Below, in pieces: positions 7,761 through 17,294 of a stretch of DNA of 38,787 nucleotides. The stretch is from positions 77,779 to 116,565 of the forward strand of contig JAWBBK010000004.1 of NCBI GenBank assembly GCA_038824665.1, given 5' to 3'. A model generated the notes under the pieces. It was given only the letters and a program-made list of their open reading frames with translations, was not told the origin of the DNA and did not search any database. This DNA is from Acidilobaceae archaeon (GTDB lineage: Archaea > Thermoproteota > Thermoprotei_A > Sulfolobales > Acidilobaceae). Position 1 is the first letter of the stretch, and each line of letters begins with the position of its first letter. Both the position numbers and the translations under genes were made by a program.

Positions 7761-9212
7761 CTAGAGGTCTATTCCGTACTCCTTCCAGCGGGAATTAACT
7801 AACCTGACGGTTTCAGGGTCTGGCTGTACTTCTTCGGGCCACTCCCTACCGTAGTTTTCTTCTGGTAGCTTCCTAGTAGCGTCTATTCCTAGCTTAGAGC
7901 CATAGCCCGGATAAGGAGCTGCGTGATCTAAGGCGTCTGTAACTACGTTCGGTACTACCAGCACGTCTCTCTGAGGGTCTACACAAGTAGCTATAGCGTA
8001 AGCCACTTGACCCCAGTCGTTTACGTTTACATCATGATCAACAACGATTATCATCTTCACTAAAGAGAAGAGTCCGAGACCCCAAAGACCCATCATGACC
8101 TTTTTGGCCTGACCTGGGTACCGCTTCTTGATACTGACTATAGCTATACCGCCTGTAGCTAGGCCTTCAGGAGGTAGGTTCACGTCAATTACTTCAGGCA
8201 TTATTGTCTTAATTAGTGGAAGAAATATACGTTCTGCCGCTTTGCCTATCCAAGCGTCCTCAAGAACGGGCTTTCCTACAACTGTGAAGTAAAATATAGG
8301 GTCGTCTCGGTGGTAAACCCTTTCCAGTTTGAAAAGAGGATATTTGCCTACAGGACTATAGTAACCTGTGTGGTCTCCGAAAGGTCCCTCGTCAACTAAG
8401 ACGTCAGTAAAGACTTCACCTAAGTACACAACCTCGGCGTTGGCTGGAATCGGTACATCTTCGATTTCTACATACTCAAGAGGAGCCCCTCTCACGAGAG
8501 AAGCAAAGAGCAACTTGTCAAGAGGGTAGGGAACAGGCAAAGCGCCTGTCAACATGGTCCCAGGGTCAGAGCCTATAGCTATAGCTACTTTGATTTTATT
8601 CTTCCCTAGTTCTTTGGCCTTACTCCAAGCTAGAGCTCCTCTCTTATGGATGTGCCAGTGCACTACCGCTTTCTCACTATCAATTATCTGAACTCTGTAA
8701 ACGCCCATGTTTGTAACTCCTGTATCGGGGTCTTTTGTGAGAACTAGGCCGTAAGTTATGTACCTTCCTGCGTCTTTAGGCCAGGTTTTCGGTATGGGCG
8801 TTTTATCGAAACCTCTTTCTTCTATAACGTTGTCTTCGAAAAGACCGCGAGAAACCCTCTTGGGGATAAGAGAGCCTATCTTGAGAACTTCTCTTAGAGT
8901 TCCGAGCTTCTCTAAAAGCCCTGATGGTGGAGGTCTAAGCGTTGTCTCCAGAAAGCTCTGCATTAGGTTTTCGAGACTCTCGACATTAAGTAGCATCTTT
9001 ATGGTCTCGAGGTCTCTGAAGAGATTCGTGGACATCCTCCAACCCGGATATCCTTTAATATTCTCAAATAGAAGAGTAGGACCTCTTGCATACATAACCC
9101 TCCTAGCGATCTCCGCTACCTCAAGATTAGGGTCGACCTCTGCTTTAACCTTACGGAGCATCCCCTTAGAGTTCAGCTTTTCCAGAGCTTCTCTAAGGTC
9201 GCGCAGAGGCAT
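7761..9212 (-). CDS. ubiD: UbiD-family prenyl-FMN decarboxylase (probable quinone biosynthesis, MqnL-like)
   Basis: WPKDAGRYIT, NMGVYR, EGPFGDHTGYY, KKRYPGQAK, LDHA...GSKLGIDAT. Confidence 0.93.
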   Translation of the reverse strand: MPLRDLREALEKLNSKGMLRKVKAEVDPNLEVAEIARRVMYARGPTLLFENIKGYPGWRMSTNLFRDLETIKMLLNVESLENLMQSFLETTLRPPPSGLLEKLGTLREVLKIGSLIPKRVSRGLFEDNVIEERGFDKTPIPKTWPKDAGRYITYGLVLTKDPDTGVTNMGVYRVQIIDSEKAVVHWHIHKRGALAWSKAKELGKNKIKVAIAIGSDPGTMLTGALPVPYPLDKLLFASLVRGAPLEYVEIEDVPIPANAEVVYLGEVFTDVLVDEGPFGDHTGYYSPVGKYPLFKLERVYHRDDPIFYFTVVGKPVLEDAWIGKAAERIFLPLIKTIMPEVIDVNLPPEGLATGGIAIVSIKKRYPGQAKKVMMGLWGLGLFSLVKMIIVVDHDVNVNDWGQVAYAIATCVDPQRDVLVVPNVVTDALDHAAPYPGYGSKLGIDATRKLPEENYGREWPEEVQPDPETVRLVNSRWKEYGIDL

Positions 9213-9324
9213 GAGCTGTGCCTTAGGCTCATAATCGAGGAGCTTTTTTATCTTTTGTTCAAAACTTCTTCTAAAGATAAAACTAATTTTAGAAAGAGGT
9301 TACAAAGTAAGCTTTTTTATTCTG

Positions 9325-9338
9325 TTTCTTTAAAGAAA
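9325..9338. promoter_or_regulatory. 14-bp perfect palindrome, candidate operator in the divergent ubiD / ABC intergenic region
   Basis: TTTCTTTAAAGAAA, lying between a TTTTAT TATA-like box and the ABC ATPase start. Confidence 0.35.
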
Positions 9339-9361
9339 ATTTTAATGAGGTAGCTTAGAGA

Positions 9362-10054
9362 TTGTTACTCACAGTAAAGGAGCTACGCTTCGGCTACAAC
9401 TCTGAGCTGATATTTGATGATTTTGAGATCGAGTTCAGAGGACCCGGACTTTACATAATATTGGGACCCAACGGGGTCGGTAAGTCTACTCTTCTCAAAA
9501 TAATCGCTGGACTACTGAAACCACTCAAAGGCTCTCTAGAATTTAATGGTAAGCCGCTAAAAAGAGGGGAGGCCATCTATGTTCCTCAAGACAACGAGTT
9601 GCTCCCGTGGCTTAACGTAGTAGACAACGTAGCGCTTCCCCTCATTGTAGCTGGTCACAGTAAAGCAAGGGCTAGGGAGATAGCTCTTCGAACACTAAGA
9701 GAAGTTGGGCTCGAGAGACTCGCCTGGAGATATCCGAAAACCCTCTCTGGAGGTGAGAGAAAAAAAGTAGCTGTGACAAGGGTTCTCATTTCAGGGTCTC
9801 CTGTGTTGCTTCTAGACGAGCCTACAGCAAACATAGACCCGACTGCCAGAAAGGACTTCTGGAACCTGCTCAAGAAGGTGGCTACAGAGAAACTCGTTAT
9901 CGCTTCATCTCACGACGTCTTTGAAGCTCTGAAAGAAGCAAACGAGGCTTTTGTACTCAGCGGCAGACCAGCTAAAGTTGTGGCTAAGCTTAGAGGAGGT
10001 ATTGAAAGTTGCGAGGTCTTTTCAGAACTCACGAAGCTATATTATGGATCTTAA
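9362..10054 (+). CDS. ABC transporter ATP-binding protein (TauB/SsuB-like)
   Basis: Walker A GPNGVGKST, YVPQ...LLPWLNVVDNV, signature LSGGE, Walker B LLLDEP, SHD, VLSGRPAKV. Confidence 0.9.
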   Translation: MLLTVKELRFGYNSELIFDDFEIEFRGPGLYIILGPNGVGKSTLLKIIAGLLKPLKGSLEFNGKPLKRGEAIYVPQDNELLPWLNVVDNVALPLIVAGHSKARAREIALRTLREVGLERLAWRYPKTLSGGERKKVAVTRVLISGSPVLLLDEPTANIDPTARKDFWNLLKKVATEKLVIASSHDVFEALKEANEAFVLSGRPAKVVAKLRGGIESCEVFSELTKLYYGS

Positions 10055-10791
10055 CGGTAACGGTCTCTTTGATCCTGCTAGGAGGAGTCTGGCACATAGC
10101 TAGCTCATTAGTTAACAGACCGTACCTCCCAAGCCCTAGCGCTGTTCTAGTAGAACTATGGTTGTTAATGAAGAGCGGAGAGCTTGGCTTTCACATCGTT
10201 GCGACTCTAGTTAGGGTCTTCGCTGCCTTGTCTCTAGCTGCAGCTCTTGCCACTATTTCTGGAATCGTTGCAGTGCGCACAAGCCTAGGTAAGCCTTTAA
10301 GAATACTTGTCACGCTCTTAATCCCTGTGCCAATGATGGCTCTCTTGCCTCTCTTCATAAAAGTGTTCGGCTTCGAAGTAATCAAAGTGGTCTTAATCAT
10401 AGCCACGCTCTACCCTATCCTAACCGTGGGGGTTTCAGAAGCTGTCTCTAGAGTACCGAGAGAGTATGAAGAACTCCTCATTAGCATGGGAGCAGGGTTC
10501 ATGCATGTGTTAAAGTTCGTCATCTTGCCGAGCATATTCATGCCTCTCATGACTAGTCTTAGAATATGTATAGGCGTAGCCTTGAGCCTCACTTTCGTAG
10601 TTGAAAGCGCCATTATGAGTTCAAGAGACTTCGGTAGCTATGGACTCGGAGTACTGATAGAAACCGCTTACAGAATTTACGACTACACTACTGTCTACGC
10701 AGGGCTTGTAACGCTGTCTGCCCTCGGTTTTACGATGTACGGTATCCTTTGGCTTGTAGAAGTACAGTATAGAAGAACTCGAAAGCTCTGA
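10009..10791 (+). CDS. ABC transporter permease (TauC/SsuC-like)
   Basis: LPSP motif, HIVATLVR, several transmembrane segments, EAA-like loop ELLISMGA, GLG motif; overlaps the ATPase gene. Confidence 0.87.
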   Translation: MRGLFRTHEAILWILTVTVSLILLGGVWHIASSLVNRPYLPSPSAVLVELWLLMKSGELGFHIVATLVRVFAALSLAAALATISGIVAVRTSLGKPLRILVTLLIPVPMMALLPLFIKVFGFEVIKVVLIIATLYPILTVGVSEAVSRVPREYEELLISMGAGFMHVLKFVILPSIFMPLMTSLRICIGVALSLTFVVESAIMSSRDFGSYGLGVLIETAYRIYDYTTVYAGLVTLSALGFTMYGILWLVEVQYRRTRKL

Positions 10792-10826
10792 CACTTTAAG
10801 CTGTCTTCCAATAGAGAGTTCTCAAA

Positions 10827-10846
10827 AGCTGAAATTAGCTGAAATT
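10827..10846 (+). repeat. 10-bp perfect tandem duplication in the intergenic region upstream of the methyltransferase
   Basis: AGCTGAAATT twice in a row. Confidence 0.7.
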
Positions 10847-10953
10847 GTAGAAGAGGTTTCCTTAGAGTCGGCTACCGCTTAAGAGATAGCTCCCATCGGC
10901 TATCTGAGTCCGCTTATTAAGGTGCCTACAGAAAAGCTTATAGGAAACGAAAA

Positions 10954-11904
10954 TTGAAGATGAGATTAGTTTCTTACGAAGAGTACCTCGATTACATAAA
11001 AAAACACAAAGAAGTCGTTATTGGAGACACAATTATAAAAATAGGTGAGAGATGCCAAATTAAGAAATATCAACCTAAAGACTTTACTTTAGAGACGACA
11101 ACTGTTTGGAGTTTTCCCGACAGAGGCGATTGGGTTACACATAAAGGTGATTATAGGGGCAACTGGGCCCCTCAGGTAGTTCGTAACATAATACTTCGAT
11201 ATACTAAGCCTGGCGAGTGGGTTCTAGACCAAATGTGTGGTGGTGGGACCACTTTAGTAGAAGCTAAGCTCTTGGGGAGAAACGCTATAGGAGTAGATAT
11301 AAATTATGAAGCTTGCATCTTGACTTTAGATAGACTGAATTTCACCTACAGGCCTCCTGACTCAGAGTGGAGAGAGCCAGACATCAGGGTGTATCACGGA
11401 GACGCTAGAAACCTAGACTTGATCGAAGATGAATCTATAGACCTGATAGCGACTCATCCACCATATTTCAACATAGTCTCTTACTCCAAGAAGAAGATAG
11501 AAGGAGACCTTTCTCAAGCCCATAGCTTAGAAGAGTACTTAAGCGGAATGCGCAAAGTAGCTGAAGAAAGCTATAGAGTATTGAAGTCTGGTAGATATTG
11601 TGCTATTTTAATTGGTGATACGCGTTACAAAAAATACTATGTCCCTATAGCGTTTAGGGTTATGCAACAGTTTCTAGACGTAGGCTTCATACTCAAAGAG
11701 GACATAATTAAAGTTCAGTGGAACACTAAAGTTACAGAAAGAAAATGGAGAAAGCTAGTTAGGTCGCCTAGTGAGTGCTGGGTTGATGAGGAACAGAAGA
11801 AGAAAGACTTCTATCTGATCGCTCACGAGCATCTCTTTGTGTTCTATAAGCCCAAAGAGAAAAAAGAGTTGAAAAAGTATAGACTAAGCGCGAAATGGTG
11901 GTAG
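10954..11904 (+). CDS. Orphan N4/N6 amino-methyltransferase (DNA methylase / TRM11-like SAM-dependent)
   Basis: SAM-binding motif I DQMCGGGTTLVEA precedes catalytic motif IV THPPY; also RVLKSGRY and HEHLFVF. ATG at 10960 is an alternative start. Confidence 0.85.
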   Translation: MKMRLVSYEEYLDYIKKHKEVVIGDTIIKIGERCQIKKYQPKDFTLETTTVWSFPDRGDWVTHKGDYRGNWAPQVVRNIILRYTKPGEWVLDQMCGGGTTLVEAKLLGRNAIGVDINYEACILTLDRLNFTYRPPDSEWREPDIRVYHGDARNLDLIEDESIDLIATHPPYFNIVSYSKKKIEGDLSQAHSLEEYLSGMRKVAEESYRVLKSGRYCAILIGDTRYKKYYVPIAFRVMQQFLDVGFILKEDIIKVQWNTKVTERKWRKLVRSPSECWVDEEQKKKDFYLIAHEHLFVFYKPKEKKELKKYRLSAKWW

Positions 11905-12002
11905 GACCTTTAGCGAAGAGAAGACAAAGACAAGAAGCTTTTCAGAACTCGAAGCTCAACTTTAAAAGCTTGAAGTCCTATCTCTTTTCTCAAGAGCTAA
12001 GG

Positions 12003-13049
12003 GTGAGGGTTCTGTCGCCTGTCGTAGAAGCAAATAACGTACGCGTCTCATATTACACCATGAGAGGTAAGATCCGAGCTGTAGATGGAGTGGACCTAAC
12101 GTTAGAAAAAGGAGAGACCTTAGGGTTAGCTGGAGAGAGCGGTTGTGGTAAAAGCACTTTTGCTTGGTCTCTTTTGGGAATGGTACCTCCTCCAGGAAAG
12201 ATCGAGGGAGGCTCTATAATCATAGACGGTACAGACATAACGAAGCTCAAAGAAGCCGAGATAAGGAAGAAGATCAGATGGAAGAAGGTCAGCATGATCT
12301 TTCAGGGAGCCATGAACAGCTTGAATCCAGTCATGACAGCCGGTAAACAAATAGAAGAGGTTCTGCTCTATCATGGGAGTTTCAACAAGACCGAAGCGAG
12401 AAGAAGAGTTTATGAGCTTCTAGAAAGCGTAGGTCTAGACAGAGCGGTTGCTGACCGCTATCCACATGAGCTTAGCGGAGGCCAAAAACAAAGGATAGTT
12501 ATAGCTATGGCTTTGGCTTTAGAGCCTGATGTCGTGATTGCTGACGAACCTACCACTGCTCTAGACGTTGTAGTTCAGGCACAGATCTTAAACCTATTGA
12601 AGAGGTTACAAAGAGAGAAAAACCTCAGCTATATCTTCATAACTCATGACCTCGCCGTCATCTCTGAGGTTTCAGATAGGGTAGCCATAATGTATGGAGG
12701 TAAGATAGTCGAGGTCGGCAGAAGCGAAGATATATTTTACAAGCCTCTGCATCCTTATACGTATCTTTTGATTAAAGCCGTGCCTAAGCTGAGAGGAGAG
12801 AAGGAGAAGCTCATATATATACCCGGAAGGCCTCCAGACCTCTCAAAGCCTATAAGAGGTTGTAGGTTTGCACCCCGTTGCCCTGTAGCTATGAATAAAT
12901 GTTTTGTTGAAGAGCCTCCTTTAGAAGACAAAGGCAACGGTAGAAGATCTGCATGTTGGTTGGAAAAAGCACCAGAGGGAATAGAACAACTCTTAGATAA
13001 GATAGCTGAACGCGCTAATAACAACATAGGAACTCAGATCGCCGACTGA
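12003..13049 (+). CDS. oppD: Oligopeptide/dipeptide ABC transporter ATP-binding protein (OppD/DppD-like)
   Basis: GESGCGKST, FQGAMNSLNP, YPHELSGGQKQR, ADEPTTALDV, C-terminal GCRFAPRC...C...ACW. Start moved from 11895 to GTG 12003 because a TATA-like TTTAAAA lies at about 11961. Confidence 0.9.
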   Translation: MRVLSPVVEANNVRVSYYTMRGKIRAVDGVDLTLEKGETLGLAGESGCGKSTFAWSLLGMVPPPGKIEGGSIIIDGTDITKLKEAEIRKKIRWKKVSMIFQGAMNSLNPVMTAGKQIEEVLLYHGSFNKTEARRRVYELLESVGLDRAVADRYPHELSGGQKQRIVIAMALALEPDVVIADEPTTALDVVVQAQILNLLKRLQREKNLSYIFITHDLAVISEVSDRVAIMYGGKIVEVGRSEDIFYKPLHPYTYLLIKAVPKLRGEKEKLIYIPGRPPDLSKPIRGCRFAPRCPVAMNKCFVEEPPLEDKGNGRRSACWLEKAPEGIEQLLDKIAERANNNIGTQIAD

Positions 13050-13542
13050 CCGCTAGATAGAAGAGGAGAACCGTTCCTATTGACAGTAGGACGCTCGATA
13101 AAAAGAAAAGGAGAAGAGATATGAAAGTTAGAACTAAACTCCCTCCTTCTACGGTAACGACTTTGACTCCAACTCTCACGTTAAGTCCCTGAGATTCTTT
13201 AACTTCAACCTCTTCGTTTAGATCGGTAAAGGATATTACGATGGATTTTTCTGGATCGAGAATCAACTCTGAGCCTCTATATCTCACTATAACAGGCTCT
13301 TCTCCTGTGTTGAAAAGCTCTATATCGATTCTAGAGACCGAGGACTCTATTCCTACTAGCCCTACTAGCTCTCTGGCCGATATAGAGCGAGCTTCTCTCA
13401 GCTCTAGCGTCTTCTCGAGTTCCACGAAACGAGGTTGGCTCGCTATAGCTAGGGCTAGAGTCAAAAACAGACCTACAAGACCTGCTAAGGCTAATGTGAG
13501 AGCAATTAGAATAACGTTTCTTTTAGTCCAGTCCGAACTCAC
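13015..13542 (-). CDS. Hypothetical membrane protein (N- and C-terminal transmembrane helices)
   Basis: Hydrophobic stretches at both ends; GTGA start/stop overlap with the upstream gene. Confidence 0.7.
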   Translation of the reverse strand: MSSDWTKRNVILIALTLALAGLVGLFLTLALAIASQPRFVELEKTLELREARSISARELVGLVGIESSVSRIDIELFNTGEEPVIVRYRGSELILDPEKSIVISFTDLNEEVEVKESQGLNVRVGVKVVTVEGGSLVLTFISLLLFFLSSVLLSIGTVLLFYLAVSRRSEFLCCY

Positions 13543-14414
13543 CGACTTCCCCGACTGACCCTCTTGTAGAGATGTATTGCCACCGCTAAGTCGAAAAGAG
13601 AGTAGCCAACGCTTTTGTAGACTCTTACGTCACCCCATTTACACTCTTTTCCTCTTAAGGTATCTGATAGAGAGACGAGTTCCTCCGCTCCGATCCAATC
13701 GTCGCTTTCAGTCATCACTCCCTCTACGCTGTCTACGAGAAGACACCTGCTTCTCTTGATGGTAGTCTCGTCAAGCTCTCTTACGGGCTTTGGAGCTCCC
13801 ACGCTGACCACAAAGGCGCCAGACTTGAGGAACTCTCCTAAGACTACAGGAGACCTGCTGGTTGTCGCAGCTATTACAATATCTGACGACCTAAGGAGTT
13901 CTATGGAGCTTTCTGCTACGAGACCTCCAACCTCTGAAGCTAAGCTCTCTGCTCTCTTTTTATCTATATCAAAGATCAGAACCTTGCTTATATTGAAGAC
14001 CTCTCTGAAAACTAAAATATGGTACCTTCCTTGAACTCCTGCTCCTATGACTCCTAGAACTCCCTTCCTGAAGCCCGCGAGTCTCATAGCAAGAGCTGAA
14101 GCAGAAGCAGTTCTCCATGCGGTAGCTGGACCTGCATCTGCTTCTAAGAGCACCTCTCCTGTCTCCGAGTCTACAAGAACAAGTAAGCCTCTAATGAGAG
14201 GAAGTCCTCTTTCAGGGTTCCTGTAGTAGACTCCGACTAGCTTTACTGAGTAGAAGCCCAGCCCTCTAGCCGGCATGACTCCAAACCAGGAACCTTCAGT
14301 CTCTAAAGAGGTCCTAGGCGGAGGCTTAGGAGCCTCAAGGAGGACTTTTTCGATATCTTCAATGAGTTCATTTACGTTGACCAGCTTATCGATCTCTTTA
14401 ACGCCTAAGACCAA
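13539..14414 (-). CDS. Ornithine cyclodeaminase / mu-crystallin family protein (archaeal alanine dehydrogenase-like)
   Basis: VMPA, VKLVG...NP, TAWRTA, Rossmann GVIGAGVQG, AATTS, YKSVG..LFDLA. Confidence 0.9.
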   Translation of the reverse strand: MVLGVKEIDKLVNVNELIEDIEKVLLEAPKPPPRTSLETEGSWFGVMPARGLGFYSVKLVGVYYRNPERGLPLIRGLLVLVDSETGEVLLEADAGPATAWRTASASALAMRLAGFRKGVLGVIGAGVQGRYHILVFREVFNISKVLIFDIDKKRAESLASEVGGLVAESSIELLRSSDIVIAATTSRSPVVLGEFLKSGAFVVSVGAPKPVRELDETTIKRSRCLLVDSVEGVMTESDDWIGAEELVSLSDTLRGKECKWGDVRVYKSVGYSLFDLAVAIHLYKRVSRGSR

Positions 14415-14503
14415 GGCTATTCCCTTGCTCCTGTTCTCTGCATTTTAGGATCTGTGAAGCTAAAGCTTTATCCCTCTTCGAGAACTTATAGATAGGGACT
14501 TGA

Positions 14504-14686
14504 GTGTTTGGTATAGGGTACGGAGAGCTAGTGATCATATTCCTTATTCTTATCCTCGTACTGGGTCCTAGAGAGACTGCTGAAGTAGCTAAAAAGCTGG
14601 GCAGAACTTTAAGAGACGTAAATAAAATCATTGATGAAGTGTTAAACGTTAGAGAAGTAGAGACTGAGACCAAGAAGAAAAGCTAG
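14504..14686 (+). CDS. tatA: Twin-arginine translocase TatA/TatB-family subunit
   Basis: MFGIGYGELVII transmembrane helix, LGP hinge, amphipathic helix AKKLGRTLR, charged tail. Confidence 0.85.
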   Translation: MFGIGYGELVIIFLILILVLGPRETAEVAKKLGRTLRDVNKIIDEVLNVREVETETKKKS

Positions 14687-15762
14687 CGGTGTAACCAGCA
14701 GGCTGACCAATGTCCTGGAGTTACCTCTCTTAGCTCAGGCTCTTCTCTCTCACATCTCGGCCTAACCCACTCGTTGGCATCATATTCCACACATCTGGGT
14801 CTAAACCTACAACCTAACGGTATGTTCACAGCGCTCGTTACCTCTCCCTTTATTGGAACCTCTTTCAAGACTTTTTTCAGCTCGGGAGCTACGTCTGGAA
14901 CCGCTTTGATCAACGCCTTCGTATAGGGATGAAGAGGACTCTCTATCACTTCATCCACTTTTCCAACTTCGACTATCTTACCTAAGTACATAATACCCAC
15001 TCTATCACATACGTATCTAGCCAAAGCTAGATCGTGAGTGACGAACAGAATGCTAAGTCCCCTTTCTTTCTTGACTCTCTCAAGAACCTGAAGGACTTCC
15101 GCTTTGATAGAAACATCGAGCATAGTGACTGGCTCGTCAGCCAAGAGAAGCCTAGGGTTTAAGACTACAGCTCTAGCTATAGCAACCCTCTGTCTCTGTC
15201 CACCAGAGAGCTGATGTGGATACCGATCGAGAAACTCTTCGGGAGGGTCGAGTCTGACTAGTCTCATAACCTCGATAACTCGCTTAAGCCGTTCTTCAGA
15301 GTTCTTCACTCCATGCACTAGAAGAGGCTCTTCAATTATCTCTCTTACCTTCATCCTAGGATTAAGACTACCGTAAGGGTCCTGAAAGACTATCTGAATC
15401 TCTCTCCTCATGAGTCTCGATAAGAAACCCCTGACTGCGTATATATCGATATATTCATCCTTAACTACTGCATGTGGTTGTCTTTCTAAAGCATATCTGA
15501 GGACTTCTTCATGTGGTCTAAATAATATCCTGCCTCCAGCTATACTGTCTCTATCTACGAGCATCATCACTGCTCTAAGCAATGTAGACTTACCGCAACC
15601 GCTCTCGCCTACCAAGCAGAAGGTTTCACCAGCCCCAACAGTTAAGTTAACGCCGTCTACTGCTCTGACATACCTCCTACCTCGGAGACCTAAGAGTCCG
15701 AAAAGTCCAGTTCTTAAAGGATACCAGACCTTCAGGTTCTCTACTATCAGCAGAGGCTTCAT
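14683..15762 (-). CDS. oppF: Oligopeptide/dipeptide ABC transporter ATP-binding protein (OppF/DppF-like)
   Basis: VRAVDGV, GESGCGKST, QIVFQDPYGSLNPR, YPHQLSGGQRQR, ADEPVTMLDVS, C-terminal Cys cluster. Confidence 0.92.
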   Translation of the reverse strand: MKPLLIVENLKVWYPLRTGLFGLLGLRGRRYVRAVDGVNLTVGAGETFCLVGESGCGKSTLLRAVMMLVDRDSIAGGRILFRPHEEVLRYALERQPHAVVKDEYIDIYAVRGFLSRLMRREIQIVFQDPYGSLNPRMKVREIIEEPLLVHGVKNSEERLKRVIEVMRLVRLDPPEEFLDRYPHQLSGGQRQRVAIARAVVLNPRLLLADEPVTMLDVSIKAEVLQVLERVKKERGLSILFVTHDLALARYVCDRVGIMYLGKIVEVGKVDEVIESPLHPYTKALIKAVPDVAPELKKVLKEVPIKGEVTSAVNIPLGCRFRPRCVEYDANEWVRPRCEREEPELREVTPGHWSACWLHR

Positions 15763-15767
15763 CTACA

Positions 15768-17294
15768 TCACCTTCTAAGCCTCGGGTCAACGATAGACTC
15801 TATAGCGTATCCTAAAGCCACAAAAGCGAAGCTGAAGAGCCCTAACATAAAGCCTGGAGCCAAGATCCACCACCACGCCTTAAAGGCCACATCGCGGTTC
15901 TTGAGCGCATCAGATAACATCTGACCCCAGGTAGGCAGATCGTGTCTCACACCTAGCACGCTAAGTCCTGCCTCCGCTATTATTGCCGAAGGCACGCTGA
16001 AGACCAGAACAGCAACCACATAAGGAAGAACTTGAGGAAGAATGTGACGCGTTATTATCCTAAAGCTTGACGCTCCTACGGCTCTGGCCGCGTCTATGTA
16101 GGTTTCGCTTTTAATCGAGAGAGTCATGCTTCTAACCATAATAGCTGTGCCTCCCCAACCGAAGATGACAAGAAAAACTATAATAGCGAAAAGTATGATA
16201 TAACCCGAATAGCCAGCAGTTTGCAAAGCTACTCCCAACAATATCAAGATCGGGAGAAGAGGTACGTTACCTATCAGGTCTGCCAGCCTCTGTACGATTT
16301 CGTCTAAAACTCCACCAAAGTATCCACTGACCAGACCGAGAAGCGTTCCCAGAATAACTGTAGCGGTCGCAGCAAAAAGCCCTATAAGCAAAGCTATGTG
16401 GAAGCCGTAGAGAAGCCCTTGGTATAGATCACGTCCATAGACATCAGTTCCCAGAAGACCATAGCTAGTTCCTAGAATTCTTATCTCAACATCGAAGCCT
16501 ATAGTCCCTTCTCTCAGTAAGCTCTCTATCTGCACAGGGTCGCCTAAGTAGACAAGTGCGAGCTTCAACCTGTACCTGCCCGTTACAACCTCATAGCCTG
16601 AACCCTCCTTAGCTGGAACCATGAAGGCTGGGTTCAGAGCGCAGAGAGAACCCGCGCTAACGTTAAGCTTGAAGAAAGATATGTACTCATTAACGTAAGA
16701 CCAGCAGTCTATCTTTTCGATGAGTCTTGACTGAGTGTTTGTGGTCTTCTCAAGTATTTTGAGTGTGACGTTGTCCGGTCTTATCAAAAACGCAAAGACC
16801 TTGACGTACACTAGAATTGTCTCGTTCTTCGTAGCTCGAGGACTAAACTCAACTAGTATATCCTGAGGACTAACGGGATGCTCTAAGTCATATCTAACCT
16901 CATAAACCTGATAGTATCCTATAGAGGGTCTGGCTGAGCCGAGTAAGTTCGTGGTCTTCAACTCAGGCAACAAGACGTAAAAGTCTGTAAGCTTTATGAC
17001 TATTCCTTCTTGAGTTGGTCTCAAATCTTCGTAAATGTTTGTGGGAGCGGCTTTCATGCCCAAATACTTAGTCCACGAAGGCTGAGCAGTCTTGGGGTTC
17101 TTGTACCACTCAGACCCTCTAATCCCTGTAGTGTCGAGCCACAGAATTTCGAAGTCTTCGGGCAGAGCTATATATCCATACACAGACATCACCACCATGA
17201 ACAGTATTATCAGCAAACCACTCTTGCCTAAAGAGGTTGAGAGTGTTTCTCCCAAAAGACCGAGCCTAGAAGATGTTGTTGTCCTTCTGGCCAT
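15768..17294 (-). CDS. oppC: Oligopeptide ABC transporter permease (OppC/DppC-like) with large extracellular loop
   Basis: LLGTDVYGRD, YIDAARAVGAS, HILPQ, EAGLSVLG, TWGQML, WWWILAPG, DPRLRR. Confidence 0.92.
   Translation of the reverse strand: MARRTTTSSRLGLLGETLSTSLGKSGLLIILFMVVMSVYGYIALPEDFEILWLDTTGIRGSEWYKNPKTAQPSWTKYLGMKAAPTNIYEDLRPTQEGIVIKLTDFYVLLPELKTTNLLGSARPSIGYYQVYEVRYDLEHPVSPQDILVEFSPRATKNETILVYVKVFAFLIRPDNVTLKILEKTTNTQSRLIEKIDCWSYVNEYISFFKLNVSAGSLCALNPAFMVPAKEGSGYEVVTGRYRLKLALVYLGDPVQIESLLREGTIGFDVEIRILGTSYGLLGTDVYGRDLYQGLLYGFHIALLIGLFAATATVILGTLLGLVSGYFGGVLDEIVQRLADLIGNVPLLPILILLGVALQTAGYSGYIILFAIIVFLVIFGWGGTAIMVRSMTLSIKSETYIDAARAVGASSFRIITRHILPQVLPYVVAVLVFSVPSAIIAEAGLSVLGVRHDLPTWGQMLSDALKNRDVAFKAWWWILAPGFMLGLFSFAFVALGYAIESIVDPRLRR

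Noticed and set aside
11895-12002. 36-aa N-terminal extension of OppD suggesting coupling to the methyltransferase
   Set aside because: The stretch contains a TATA-like box and GGTGA and has no similarity to ABC ATPases; it is probably untranslated.
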